64,000 nt of DNA from Cyanobacteriota bacterium (GCA_046052125.1 JBJOMY010000001.1:576001-640000); one strand, 5' to 3'. Positions 1 to 15,000 are shown, counted from the first letter of the stretch. Notes: generated from the sequence alone by a model not told the origin. Program-made: numbers and translations.

Positions 1-3000
1 TGCACTGATCTGACTTGCACCCGGCAGCTGTTCTTGCGCCGTCGATGCTTCATTGCTTCCTGCCGCTTCCGTGCCACCCAGCTGTTCACTCAAAGTCGTG
101 GAAGGTCCCTCAGTGGAAGGCGCAGATGCTGGCCCGCTGATCGTTCCCTCGAGTTCGATGTTCCCATTGGCTGCGATCTCGCTAGAGATGTTCAGTGAGG
201 GATAGGCGATCTCAACCGCGATCCCGATCTGCGATGGCGCCCAATTGTAGCCATCGACACTCGGCACTGTAACGAGCGCAATGGTGGAGGGGCCCTGCCC
301 CGCTATGGAATTGCCGGTTGGGTCGTAGGCGGCGTCGGCCGGATCATTGAACGGCATTGACATGTAGTCGCTCCAGCTTCCTGTGCTGGCGATCGCCACT
401 GAGGCTGGTGTGTTGGATACGGTCTGAACACCACTGGAAATGGTGACGAAGGTTTCTGCGGCAATCGAGCCAATTGTTCCGGGCGTTGGCCGATAGGTTC
501 CATCGTTGCCGTTGTTTGCGTTGGAGCCACCGGCTCCATTCTTTCCTCCTCCAGTTGAGCTGCCGCCGCCACCGCCGCCGCTGGGAGCGACTGGCACGAC
601 AATGGATGTCCGACCTGCAACATTCAGCGGAGCTGTGGTTGTCACAGGCCCGTTTGCTGTGGCGCTGAAATCTCCGCCTGCACTGATTCGCCCAAGCTCA
701 ATGCCGTTGGAATCCTTGATGGTGATATCCCCGGCATCGAGATTGACTGGACCGCGGAAGTCATTGCCTGCATTGCCCAGCAGTAAATCACCGGATGCCG
801 TGATCTCAGTCGTTCCCCCAACTCTGATCACGCCAGATCCGATTTGGGTGACATCACCACCTGAAGTCAGCGAGAAGGTGCCGTCGGCATCAACGTTGGC
901 AAGCTGAAGGTCATTGCTATCAGCGATGGCGATATTGACGGCATCGAGGTTGACCGGCCCCTGGAAGTCGTTTCCAGCGTTGGAGAGGTTGAGGCTGCCG
1001 GGTGTGGAGAAGGAGCTGACGCCAGCGATGTCGAGAGCGGTGCCAGCGACTTGGGTGACATCACCGCCTGATGTCAGGGAGAAGGTGCCATCGGCATCAA
1101 CGTTGCCAAGCTGAAGGTCATTGCTATCAGCGATGGCGATATTGAGGGCATCGAGGTTGACCGGCCCCTGGAAGTCGTTTCCAGCGTTGGAGAGGTTGAG
1201 GCTGCCGGGTGTGGAGAAGGAGCTGTCGCCAGCGATGTCGAGAGCGGTGCCAGCGACTTGGGTGACATCACCGAGTGATGTCAGGGAGAAGGTGCCACCG
1301 GCATCAATGTTCCCGAGGATTGTGGCCAGTGAATTATGGATCTGAATGTCATCGCCGCTGGCGGTAATCGCCCCAGTGAAGGCATTGAGCTGATCAAGAA
1401 GGTTGATGTCTGCCGATGTTGAGAAGTTGCTGGTTCCAGCAACAATCAACGGCCCAGACTGGGTGATGTCTCCCCCCGCATTGACACTGAAGTTGCCGGT
1501 GCTGGTCGTCGTGCCAAGCGTGATGCCATTGCTGTCGCCAAGGGCAATGTCATTGCCGCTGGCCGAGACGGCTCCACCAAAGTTGTTGCTGGTGCTGCTC
1601 AGGTTGATGTCATCTCCGGCTGTGAGGTTCGTCGCGCCAGAGGCAATGATCGTTCCGCTACCGCTCTGGGTGATGTCGCCAGTGGTGGCCGTGAGGGTGA
1701 GATCCTCAGACGTAATCGTGCCTGTTGCGGTGATATCGCCATTCGCTGCGGTTACCGACAGCGAAGCCGGATCGCTTGAATTGCCCGTTGCAGTGATCGT
1801 GCCGAGGATTGTGGCTAGAGAGTTATAGATCTGAATGTCATTGCCGCTGGCGCTAATCGCCCCAGTGAAGGCATTGAGCTGATTGAGAAGGGTGATATCC
1901 GCCAATGTTGAGAAGTTGCTGGTTCCAGCAACAATCAACGGCCCAGACTGGGTGATGTCTCCGCCCGCATTGACACTGAAGTTGCCGGTGCTGGTCGTCG
2001 TGCCAAGTGTGATGCCATTGCTGTCGCCAAGGGCAATGTCATTGCCGCTGGCCGAGACGGCTCCACCAAAGTTGTTGCTGGTGCTGCTCAGGTTGATGTC
2101 ATCTCCGGCTGTGAGGTTCGTCGCGCCAGAGGCAATGATCGTTCCGCTACCGCTCTGGGTGATGTCGCCAGTGGTGGCCGTGAGGGTGAGATCCTCAGAC
2201 GTAATCGTGCCTGTTGCGGTGATATCGCCATTCGCTGCGGTTACCGACAGCGAAGCCGGATCGCTTGAATTGCCCGTTGCAGTGATCGTGCCGAGGATTG
2301 TGGCTAGAGAGTTATAGATCTGAATGTCATTGCCGCTGGCGCTAATCGCCCCAGTGAAGGCATTGAGCTGATTGAGAAGGGTGATATCCGCCAATGTTGA
2401 GAAGTTGCTGGTTCCAGCAACAATCAACGGCCCAGACTGGGTGATGTCTCCGCCCGCATTGACACTGAAGTTGCCGGTGCTGGTCGTCGTGCCAAGTGTG
2501 ATGCCATTGCTGTCGCCAAGGGCAATGTCATTGCCGCTGGCCGAGACGGCTCCACCAAAGTTGTTGCTGGTGCTGCTCAGGTTGATGTCATCTCCGGCTG
2601 TGAGGTTCGTCGCGCCAGAGGCAATGATCGTTCCGCTACCGCTCTGGGTGATGTCGCCAGTGGTGGCCGTGAGGGTGAGATCCTCAGACGTAATCGTGCC
2701 TGTTGCGGTGATATCGCCATTCGCTGCGGTTACCGACAGCGAAGCCGGATCGCTTGAATTGCCCGTTGCAGTGATCGTGCCGAGGATTGTGGCTAGAGAG
2801 TTATAGATCTGAATGTCATTGCCGCTGGCGCTAATCGCCCCAGTGAAGGCATTGAGCTGATTGAGAAGGGTGATATCCGCCAATGTTGAGAAGTTGCTGG
2901 TTCCAGCAACAATCAACGGCCCAGACTGGGTGATGTCTCCGCCCGCATTGACACTGAAGTTGCCGGTGCTGGTCGTCGTGCCAAGTGTGATGCCATTGCT

Positions 3001-6000
3001 GTCGCCAAGGGCAATGTCATTGCCGCTGGCCGAGACGGCTCCACCAAAGTTGTTGCTGGTGCTGCTCAGGTTGATGTCATCTCCGGCTGTGAGGTTCGTC
3101 GCGCCAGAGGCAATGATCGTTCCGCTACCGCTCTGGGTGATGTCGCCAGTGGTCGCCGTGAGGGTGAGATCCTCAGACGTAATCGTGCCTGTTGCAGTGA
3201 TATCACCATTCGCTGCCGTTACCGACAGCGAAGCCGGATCGCCTGTATTGCCTGTTGCAGTGATCGTGCCGAGGATTGTGGTCAGAGAGTTATAGATCTG
3301 AATGTCGTTGCCGCTGGCGCTAATCGCCCCCGGGAAGGCGTTTTGCTGATTGAGGAGGGTGATATCTGCTGGTGTTGAGAAATTGCTGGTGCCAGCAATA
3401 ATCAGCGGCCCAGACTGGGTGATGTTTCCGCCCGCGTTGAGATTGAGGTTGCCGGTGGTTGTGATGGAGCCGAGTGTAATGCCATTCAGATCGGCAATGG
3501 CAATGTCGTCTGCATTCAGGTTGAGCGAACCTGTGAAATTGTTTGAGGAACTGGCGAGAGAAATATCAGATGTTGTGCTGATGCTGGTCACGCCGCCTAC
3601 GGAGAGCTGTGCAGTGCCGCTTTGCATAACCGGTGTCGATCCGGCGGTGATGGTGAGATTGTTGCCAACACTCAAGTTGCCAGTGCCACTCTGACTAAAT
3701 GTGCCCGTAATGAACAGGTCTGATGGCGTCGATAGGGCACCGCCACTCTGCGTCAATGTGGCCAGTTGTATGGCTCCACTGCTCGCTAGCAATCCGCCAC
3801 TTTGATTAAGGGAGTTCAACGAAATTCCACCGGATCCCACCTGCAGACTGCCGCCTGATTGGACTAGAGACCCGCCACCACTAATTGATGTAAGTGTGAT
3901 GGGGCCGGTCGCGGCAGGCGAAACGGCTGATGTGCCCAATGTTGCTTGAATGCCACTGGGGAGGATCACATTGGCAACGTTGGCCAGATCAGGAACAGCG
4001 CCCCCTGCCCAATTCAATGGATCAAGCCAATCTCCGGTTGCAGGTCCGGTCCATGTGACGGAGGCAAGCTGGGTGATGGAAGCTGCTGACGTTACTTGGT
4101 TGGTGATCTGATAATTGCCGGCATCAGCTCCGCTATAGGTGGAGCTAGTCAGAGTGACGGTTTTGCCTGGTGCAACGTTCTTGTCACTAAAGACACCGGT
4201 CGGCGTCACGGTGACCGCGTCACCAGCGAACCAGCCTGTGGCTGCTGTTGTGTCGAAGCTGGCTGTGGTTGAGCCGTCGTAAACCTTGTCGAGCGCTCTG
4301 ATTCCGCTGATCGTGATCGCTTTGGGAGTGATCGTGGCTGTGGTTGTGAGCTGGTTGTTAATCCGATAGTTGCCAACGTCCGCTCCGCTGTAGCTCGCAG
4401 GCCCGAGATCGACCGTTTTGTTGGTGCCTACAGCCTTGGTGGCAAAGGCGCCGGTAGTGCTCACAAGCACGCTGTCGCCGGTTAGCCAGCCAGCGGCGTT
4501 GGTTGTCGTAATCGTGGCTGAAGTTGTGGCGTCGTATTCTTTGCCTGCGGCAGTGATGCCACCGATTGTGATCTCTCTTTGGCCCACTTGTAGAGAGCCA
4601 AGCAATGTTACGGTCCCGCTGAAGTTGCCACCATTCGTGAGGCTGAGATTGCGTGTTGACAGGTCGTATCCGCCAACGTTTAGATACCTACCGGTGCTCA
4701 GTGACGGATTGGAGATGGCGATATCAAAGACCGCGGACGAGCTGCCGTCGTTCACCGTTATTGTGTTGCCGGTGAGACCAATCTGGTTGCCCGTCAAGGA
4801 AACAATGGACGTATTGTCTGCGGCGAGATAGCTGACTGAGTTGATGCTGTAACTGGGCGCATCGCCATAGGTTGTCGACGAGTTATTCAGTTTCACCAAG
4901 AGCGAATTGGCCGGCACCACGGTGTAGGTGGCGGGGCTGTACGTTATCGAGTAGTTATTTGAGGTCTGGCCGCTAACCGAGAGGGTGTAGTTACCCGCCT
5001 GAGTGTTGCTGGCATTACTGCTGTAAGCCAAAGAACCAGCGAGCACGCTGGATGTTTCACCGTTCACAAAACCGGTGTAGCGCACGCCTGCACTACTGAG
5101 ATTCAGCGCTTGCTGATAGAACGTGGCGTTGTCGTTGGCCGCGATGGTGAGCGGCGCCTGCGTGATTGTTCCGGACCCGTTGGACCAATTTAAGGTGTAA
5201 TTGCCTGCATCAGCGCCGGCTAGAGCAACATTGCCCCGAACAACATCGACGGAGCCTGCATCCTTGGCGAAAAACTGCGCAGCACCGTTCAAGCTGACTG
5301 CGTCTGAGAGAAGGACGCCTGCCAGCGGCCCGTAACCGGGGAGATCAGATGCCCCTAATGCAACCGTGCCGTCATAGACCTTGGTCAGTCCGCTGCTTCC
5401 AGATACGGAGAGTGTTGCTTTGTTGATTGTTGCCGTCGCTGATGCTTGATCAGCAATGAGGTAGTTCGCAATGTCGTCGCCGCTATATGTGGAGCTCAGG
5501 AGTACGGTTTTGCCAATTGCTGCGTTCTTATCGGAGAAGACGCCTGTAGCAGAGACGCTGACAGCATCACCTGCGAGCCACCCGCTGGCGAAGCCCACAT
5601 CCACAGAAGCGGCGGTTGTAGCGTCATAGGTCTTATCGGAAGCAGTTATTCCACTAATTGTGATTGCCCTCGGGGCAATTGTCGCGGTTGTCGAAGTCTG
5701 ACTGGTAATCAGATAGTTGTCAAGGTCATTGCCTGAGTACGTCGTTGACAGGCTTACGGTTTTTCCGGCTCCGGCATTCTTGTTGTCAAAATTACCACTC
5801 GCCGAAACTACAATATTGTCACCGAGTAGCCACCCGGTGGCGCCTTGAGTGTTGACTGTGGCGAGAGTGTTCCCGTCATAGGTTTTGTCGGCTGCAGTAA
5901 TGCCGCTGATCGTGATCGCTTTGGGTGTAATGGCGCCATAGAGTTGTTGGCTGCCCAGTTGGTAATTGCTGGCCAAAGCACTCGGCACGCCATCTACCGA

Positions 6001-9000
6001 AGGTGCATCGTTGAGCGTGTAAGTCACGGTGGCAAGGCGTGCACCTGCATTCGAACTATCAAATGTTGCAGAGGCCACAGATACGCTGATGCCTTCACCT
6101 GTCACTACACCGACCAGATTCCCGGGTGTGACCGTGGCAACCGTCGACCGGTCGTAAACCTTGTCTGTGACGAGAGAGCCGAAGATCTGAAGACTCTTTG
6201 GTGTAATGGTGCCGCTGAGAGTGGAGCCTGCGAGGGTGTAATTCGAGGCCTTACCACCGTTGCTCCCGTTGGCCAGTGTGTAATTGGTGGTTACGGCGTG
6301 AGTGCCGGCATTTTTGCTGGCGAATTGAGCGTCAACCTGGCTAATGCTCAAGGTTTCAGCGCCGACCATGCCAGAAAGTTGACCAGGTGTTACAACGGCG
6401 ATCTGAGTGCCGTCGTAAGCCTTTGTTGTGACTGTACCTGGTGTGATGGATAGCGCTCGCGGCGTAATCGATGCCGTCAGGGTGAGACCAGGATCGGCAA
6501 GCACAAAGTTGGAGGCTGATCCTGCCTGCGCACCAACTCCATCAACCAGTGTGAGTGTGTAGCTGACCGGGATGCTGTTTCCCGCATCGGCCGTGTTGAA
6601 AGCACCGCTAGCTGTAACGCCGAGGGTCTCACCCAGGGTTCCTTCTAGGGTTCCGAGCGTCAGTGTTGCTGCGGTTGTTCCGTCGTAGGTTTTGTCTGCA
6701 GCCGTGAGTGAGCTGAGGCTGAGGGTTGCGGGAGTGATGCGTGAGCTGAGAATCTCCCCTGCCAAGACGTAGTTACTGGCGAGGCCCGAGGCGTTAACCC
6801 CGTCACTTAACGAATAAGTCGTGGTGACATCGCGATAACCGGCATCCTTGCTGCTGAATACGCCACTAGCCACAACCTGCAACGATTCACCAGCCACCAC
6901 GTTATTGAGGGTGCCAGGATTCACCGCGGCATTGGTTGTTCCGTCATAGCTCCTCTCAACGGCTTGGCTACCACTGATCGTGAGCACGCGCTCAGTGATT
7001 GAGGCTTGTAGTCCGGTTGGGTTGGCCAGGCTGTAATTGCTCGCTAAACCTGATCCATCCACGAGTTGATAGGTGCCAGTAACCGCTTGAACACCCACCA
7101 CATTGGTGTTCGCGAATGTGCCAGTGGCCGTCACACCCAGTGTTTCGTTGCCTACAAGGCCTGCCAACTGCCCAGGTGTGATGCTGGCTGTCGTTGTTCC
7201 GTCGTATTGACGGCTCGCTGCTGATGTGCCTGAGATCGAGAGGGCCTTGGTTGTGATCAGACCATTCACCAGGTTCGACGCCAGGCTGTAGTTGCTGGCC
7301 AGACCTCCGTTAGCCCCATCGGCCAGTGCGTAGGAGACGGATGCCGTGGTTGTGCCGGCATTCGCACTGGTGTAGAACGCCGATTGAACCGACGCCGTCA
7401 CTTCTTCAGTGCCAACAAAACCTGCAAGAGAGCCCAGGTTCACGCTTGCATCACGAGTGCCGTCATAGGCGCGGCCCACAGCTGTGGAGTCAATCGACCA
7501 ATTGAGAGCTTTGGGCGTGATGGCGGCAGTGATCACATCAGAAGCCAAGCTGTAATTGGTAGCCCCGTTGCCACTCAGGCTGTAAGTCACGGTGGCCTGT
7601 CGGGTTCCTGCGTTGGCGCTGTCGAAGAGGGCTGATTGAATGGCAGCGGTTACCGACTCGCCGCCCACGAAGCCAGTGAGCGTGCCGAGGCTGGCCGTTG
7701 CAATGGTTGTCCCGTCATAGACGCGCCCCACAACGGACGTTGGCGTGGCGAACGACAGTCCCTTCGCTGTGATGGTTGCGTTTGCCGATCCTGCGAAACT
7801 AGGCAGTGTGTAGTTGGTGGCGACGGTATTGCCGCCCCCAGTGAGGGTATAGGTGAAATCAGCTGTCTGTAGGCCGGCATTGGCGCTGCGGAAGGAGCCG
7901 GTCGCTGTTACAGCAATACTTTCACCTGAAAGCACACCAGAAACCGTGCCAGGGGTAATTGTGGCCGCAGTTGTGCCGTCATAAACCTTGCCGTCAACCG
8001 TTGCAGTGCCGAGGATGAGCTCCTTCGGAGTAATCAGAGCGCTGAGCCTGTCGCCTGCGAGGGTGTAGTTGGAGGCCAGTCCGCCGCCTGTGCCGTTGGC
8101 CAGGGAGTAACTGACGGTGGCGGTTTGCATGCCTGCATTGGCACTGTCGAAGACAGCCGACTGAACGGCAGCAGTGACTGTTTGTCCGGTGACAAACCCA
8201 CTGAGGGTGCCCACGCTGACCGTGGCATTTCTTGTGCCGTCGTAGGTGCGAGCGGCTGCGTTGCTGCCACTGATGCTGAGCACGCGTGGCGTGATTACAC
8301 CGTCGTTCCCCGTGAGGGTGTTGGAGGCGAGGTAGTAGTTGGCGGCATCATCGCCGCTCAAGGCAAGCCCGGAATAGCTGTAGGCGCGGTTGGTGCCGGC
8401 GTCTGGACCGCTGAAACTGCCGGCTGGGCCAGCCGTTGGTGCCACCACATCATTGGTGAGCACACCACTCAGGCTCACAGCCGATGTCGAAGCAGCAGTT
8501 GTGCCGTCATACATCTTGGTGGGTGCGGTAACACTGGCCTGCACCAACTTCGGAGCGATGGTGAGCTTGCCCACATACACAGGTCCGCCGGGATCAACGT
8601 TGGCTCGCCCGGTCTGTGTGAAGGTTGTGGCGGTGACGTCGTAATTGCCAACCGTGAGATTCCCCGAGTTTGACATCGGACCAACGGCACCAAGACGGAA
8701 GGTGAATGAACCCCCTGCCCCATCGTTGTAGGTGTAGGTGTATTCGCCCGATGATGTTGTTGCTTGAGTGAGATCGTAAAGCCTGCTATCGGCGGCAAGG
8801 TATTGAACGCTTGTTGGCGCCAGCGAGATGATCGATCCGAAGGTTTGCGTTTCGTTGGCCGTTTTGATCAACAACCGATTGGCAGCCACGATGGTGTAGG
8901 TGCCATTCTCATAGCTGATCTCATAGTTACTCGATGTGAGCCCCGAGGGAGTCAGGGTGTAATTGCCGGCTGAGTTGAACTCAACTCCCTGCTGGCGCGT

Positions 9001-12000
9001 AAAGCTGAGCGCTCCCCCTAGGACTGAACCGGTTTCACCCGCCACCAGGCCGGTGTAGCTCACACCGTTGTATCCAGACGGCTCGGTTTGGGTCACAAAA
9101 CGAGCGTCGTTATTCGCCGTCACCGTGAGAGCTTTTTTGGTGATTGTGCCGCTGCCGTCGGTCCAATTCAGGGTGTAATTGTGTGCGCTGCTGCCTGTGA
9201 GTGCGAGAGTTCCCACCTGCACAGCTCTTTGCCCGCCGTCTTTGCTGTCAAAACGTGCAAGCCCGCTGAGCTCCACCACATCACCCGTTAACACACCACC
9301 CAGCGCGCCATAGGCCGTTGCTCCGCCAGGCAACGCGGTTGTTCCGTCGTACACCTTCGTCAGGCCGGTGGCGCCGCTCAGGCTGAGTGGAGCCCTGGCG
9401 ATGTTGACGGTGGACGTCGATGCGTTGGAGCTGAGGGTGTAGTTCGCCGCATCGGCACCAGCCAGGCTGAGGCCGGTGATGGTCACGAGTTTGCCGGTTC
9501 CGGCATCCGCGTTGGCCATCGTGCCGTTCCCACCCAGCGCCAGCAGTACATCTCCAAGCGCAGCACCGTTAAACACGGCAGTGGCCTGGTTGAGAGCTAC
9601 ATCGTTGTTTTGGTTGTAGGTGCGATCCACACTGCTGATGCCAGTGATGGAGATTGCTTTGGGCGTGATATCAGCCGTGAGCGAGAGCGTGGTTGCGGTT
9701 AGCTGGTAGTTGCCGGCATCAGCTCCTCCAAGCGTCATGTTGGACACGCTCACGGCCTTCGCTGCGCCCACGGTCTTGTCGCTGAAGCTGGCCGTGTAGG
9801 TGCCGATGGTGAGTGAATCAGCACCGAGCTTGTTAGTGAAACCGGCGTTGCTGAGATTGAGCGTCGCCGTGACGCCACCGTCGTAGACACGGTTGTTGGC
9901 GCTCACACCCGTGACCGCACTGATGGTGACGGGTGTAATGCTTGCCGCACTCGTCACCGGGGCGTCGAGTGTGTAGTTCGGGGCGGCGCTCCCGCCAAGG
10001 GAAGCACCGGTCACCGTCACGGTGCGGTTCGTTCCCACAGCCTTGTCGGCAAAGCTGGCTGTGCCGCCCGTGAGCGTGAGATTCGATCCGTCCAGGTTGC
10101 CCGTGAGGACGGCACCGGTCAAACCAACCGTGGCAACTGCAGTGCCGTCGTACACACGATCTGTGGCTGTAACGCCGCTTACTGCTGTGATCGGTCGCGG
10201 CGTGATGTTGCCTGAGGTGCTGAGTGTTCCGCCGGCAAAGCTGTAGTTACCAGCATCCGCGCCTGTCAGCGATAGGGAGGTGAAGGTCACCCCGATGTTG
10301 TCGCCCACTGTGGCCTGGTTGAACGTGCCAACGCCGCTCACGCTGAGCACGTCGTTTCCTTGGCGGTTGTTGTAAACAGCTTGCGAGAAATCAACCGTGG
10401 CGGTGTTGGTGGCGTCATACACCTTGTTGGCAGCCCGCAGATTGCTCACCTGCAACGCCAGCGGTGTGATGTTCGCTGTCACGGTGGGTAGAGCACTGGC
10501 CAGTTGGTAGTTTCCAGCGTCATTGCCGGTGATGGCTGCACCGGTGAACGTCACCGTTTTGCCAACACCAACGTTTTTGTCGCCAAAGGATTGGCCTGTG
10601 AAACTGAGGGTGACAGCATCCCCGGAGAACAGATCGGCGAAGCTGTAGCCGCTCAGCTGGGCAGCTGTTGTGCCGTCGTACGTCCTGTTGGCGGCGCTGA
10701 TGCTGCCGATGGTGAGTGTGGCCTTGGTGATCTCGGCATTTGCTGTTGCCGTGTTGTCGGCCAGCGTGTAGTTGGCAGCGTCTGTGCCTCCAAGACTCAG
10801 GCCGCTGATCGTCACATGTTTGTTTGTGCCAACGTGTTGATCACTGAATGCACCCGTCGCTGTGGCAACGCTCAACACGTCGCCGGGGGCGATTCCGGCA
10901 AAGCTGGCACCAGCGGTGTTGAGGGTGGCGGCGGTGCTGTCGTTGTACACCTTGTTGTTGGCCGTGATGCCGCTGATGGCCGTGATCGATGCCCTGCTCA
11001 CATCAGCGGTGAGCGTTGTGGGGATTGCGCCGGAGCCGAGTTGATAGTTGCCGGCTGAAATCCCGCCGAGGCTGAGGCTATTGATTGTGATCGCTTTGCC
11101 TGTTTCAGCGTTCTTATTAGCGAAGCTGGCGTTGTAGCTGCCCACGCTGAGACCGTCTCCATCGATCAGGCCTGTGAATGTGGCTGATGCGGTGTTGAGC
11201 TGGGCCGCGGTTGTGGCGTTATAAGTGCGGTTAACGCCGCTCAGGTTGCCGATGGCCGTGATCGTGGCCTTCGTAATGTCGGCTGTGGTGGACGTTGTTG
11301 TACTTGCGAGTTGGTAGTTACCAACGTCGGTACCGCCCAAGGTGAGGCCGCTGATTGCCACCGTGCGGCCTGCTCCTGCGTTCACATTGGTGAAGGCGCC
11401 GTTGGCGCTGCTGATTGTGAGGTGATCGCCGCTGATCAGTCCAGCCAACACAGCAGTGGTGAGATCCAGGTTGGCTGCACCCGTGCGGTCGTACACCTTG
11501 GGTGATGCTGCAATCCCCGTCACCCCTGTGATGGTGGCTTTGCTGATTGCAGCGGTGGTGGTTAGCGTGCCTCCGCTGTAGGTGTAGTTGCCAGCATCAG
11601 CGCCGCCGAGGGTGAGGTTGTTGAAGGTGACGGTTTGCGTGCCGACATTCTTCGTGGCGAATGTGCCGTTTGAGCTCACAGAAACGGTGTCGCCCGCGAT
11701 GAGGCCATTGAAGGTGGCCCCGGCCGTGTTCACGGTGGCTGTTCTTGTGCGGTCGTAGACCTTGTCTGCAGCGGTTAGGCCTGAGATGGTGAGATTTTTC
11801 GGCGTGATCACACCATCGGTTCCCGAAATGCTGGTGGTGGTGATGTAGTAGTTGGCGGCATCAGCGCCGCCCAGCCTGATGCTGGCCGCCGTGTAGCTCT
11901 TGCCAGTGCCTGCGTTTTTGTCGCTGAAATAGTTATCGGATGCGAAGCTCACCACATCGGTGGCCACCAGGCCTGTGGCCGTGATGGGCAGGGCGCCAAG

Positions 12001-15000
12001 CGACTGGGTTCCGTCGTAGACCTTGCTGGGAGCGGTGCTGAGTACAGGACTTGTGAGCTGCTTGGGGCTGATGGTGACGTTGCCCAGGATCAAGGGCGTG
12101 CCATCAAAATTATTGCTACCGGTCTGCGTGAACGATCCTGTGGTGATGGCGTAGTTGCCTGCCTGGATCTGTTGCGCTGTGGATAGGGCAGGGTTTGCAA
12201 CAGCCAGCGAGACGGTGGAGGAGCCGCCTGCAATATCCGTGACAACGAAATCCGAGCCCGAAGGGTTCACCGTCAAGGTGTGAAGCGTTGTTGTACCCCC
12301 AGATATCGTCACGTACTGCGCTGAAGACACCTGAAGCGCCGGAGTGCTGCCGTAGGTGTTGGTGGCATTCACCGGTGCGGTGCGAATCACCAGTTCACCA
12401 GCGGGAACAATGGTGAAGTTGCCGGCTTGGTAGTTGAAGGCGTAATTGTTGCTGGACAGCCCCGATGCCTGGAGCTTGCCGGCATAGGAACCCGCCGGAT
12501 CTTCTGTGCTGTTGGCTCCAGTTAAACCGCTGCGATCACGGGTGACGGTGAGGCCAGTGAGATTGAGCGCGCTGGTGGTTTCGCCATTCACAAAGCCGCT
12601 GTATCGAACGCCGGCATACCCTGTGGAACCGTTGGCGGCCACTGGATCATTGAGGGTGACGAACTTGGCGTCGTCGTTCGCTGTCACGGTGAGCGTGGCT
12701 TTGTTGATCGTGGCGGTGCTCGGCGCCCAGGTGAAGGTGTAGTTGCCTGAATCGGCACCCGTGAGGTAAGCACCCCCTTGGTTCACAGACACAGTGCCTG
12801 CGTCTTTGCTGCTGAAGATCGCCTGGCCAGCACCCGTGACGACGTCGGCCACTCCGTTAATCGATACGATCCCATCCAGCGTGCCAAGGCCATTGCCTGA
12901 GGTGATCGCCGTGGTGCCGTCATAGGTTTTGCTCAGCCCCGTGGCGCCGTTGAAGGTGAGTGTCTTCCTGGTGATGGCGGCAGTGGTTGTTGTCTGATCG
13001 ATGACTGTGTAGTTGCCCACATCTGTGCCACCGAACGTGTTCACCAGAAACACGGTTTTGCCTGTGCCTACGTTCTTGTCGCTGAAGGTGGCAACACTGC
13101 TAACGGTGAGCTGATCGCCGCTCACCATATTGGTGAAGCTGGCTGAGCCTGTGTTGGCGCTGCCAGCGGTGGTGCCGTCGTACACCTTGTCGGCTGCTGA
13201 CAGCACCAGTGTGGCCGTGCGCGGTGTAATCGAGCCGGACACGTTGCTCGAGGTTGGTGTTTGATTCACGGCGTAGCCGTACACCGGCTTGTTTCCGGTG
13301 GCATTTCCGGAATCACCCGACTGGAAGTAGATCGCACCCGGGGTGATGACCTTCCCTGTGCCAACGTTTTTATCTGCGAATGTTCCTTCACCCACCAGCA
13401 GGATGCTGGAGTCTCCATCCACCATGCCGCTGGCGGTGTAGTTGATATTGCCTAGGGCGATGTTGACGTTGCCGTCGTACACCTTGGTTGCCGTGCCTCC
13501 AATCGCCGCGGTGAGCACGGGCTGATAGGTGTATTCGAAGCCATTGCGTCCGTCTACGGGCAATCCAACATCGCCAGTGACGCCATAGCGCTTGTAGTCG
13601 AACACCAAGCCACCGCGTTGATCGGCAGTGCCGCCATTGAGGCCAAAGGGATCGGCGTTGGTGCTGCGTACGGTCCACGATTTGCCACCGCCAGCCAGTA
13701 AGGCATTGGCACCGGCCAGGTTGTCGAAACGAGCGCCCTGCAGGGCAATCGCTCCACCTGTGCTGCTGATCAGGGAACTGGACGGAAGGGTGAGGGCTCC
13801 ACCGGCCATCAGTCTCACGCTGCCGCTGGACCTGATCCCGTTCGTGATCGTGAGGCCTTGCGTGATGCTGCCGAGGGTGAGATCACCAGCGGTGCGCAGA
13901 TCGAGGTTGCCCACATTCACCGAGGCAATCACCGGCACGCTGTTGTTGAGATTCAGGGCGGTGAAGTTGCCCCCGCCCAGCAGCGATAGCTGTCCGGGCA
14001 CCGTGAGCACGCCATCAATGGTGATGCCGCCGCCGCTGCTCGAGCTGAAGGTTGCGGCATTGGTGGCCGTAACCGAACCGGTGATCTGGCCCGTTCCACT
14101 ACTGCTCAACAACACCGGCGTGTCGCCCTGCGCGGTGAGGGTGATGCTGCTGTTGGTGGATTGGCTTCCCTTGAGATCGAGGGCAGCGCCTGCGGCCACG
14201 GTGATTGTGCCGGTGCCGAAGGCTTGGCTGGCGCCGAAGGTGGCTGTGCCCGCCGTCACGCTGGTGGCGCCGCTGAAGCCTGCATTGCTAGAGGCGAGGG
14301 TGGCCGACCAGCCGGAAGCGTCGATCAACAGCGAACCGCTACCACTGAGGGTGCCGTTGATCGTTGTATTGGCGCCAGGCCTGATCACCAGTGCGGCGTT
14401 GTTCACGATGTTGGCGCCACCAAGGGTTCCGCTGGACACGGTGTTGCCGAGCTGCAGGGTGCCCGCTTGCACCGTCACGGTGGAGGGGCTGGTGAGACCC
14501 AGGTCTTGGAGGATGGTGATCGTGCCGCTGCCGGCCTTCACCAAATCACCGGTGCCCACCACCGTGGGATTGAGCACATACGACGAGTTGTCGCCGCCGA
14601 TGATCAAGGTGCTGGCGAGGCGAATCGTGCCGGTGCCAGCCACCCGGTGCACGGTTTCAGTTTTGCCGTTGAGGAAGAATTCACCGCCGTTGGCAATCGT
14701 GAGCAGGCTGGCGTTGGGGATCACCTCATTGGCACCCAGGATCAACTTGCCGCCATCCACCCAGGTGGAGCCGCTGTAAGTGTTGGCACCCGAGAGGGTG
14801 AGATCGCCGCCCAGGAGCCGCAGCGCGCCGGTGCCAGACACCAGGCCCGAGAAACTGCTGGCTTGGCCGGAAGCGCGGCTGAATTCCAGCGTTGCGTTGT
14901 TGGCTAGAGCGATGGCGTTGCCGTTGAGGCTGCCGGTGGTGCCGTTGTCGCCGATGCGCAGGCTGCCGGTGTCCACGCTCACAGTGCCGCTGAAGGTGCC

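Noticed and set aside
1313..3430. Tandem repeats as a CRISPR array or DGR template/variable repeat pair
   Set aside because: The units are 489 bp, in frame, with no unique spacers. There is no adenine-specific variation, and no cas or reverse transcriptase gene in the window.
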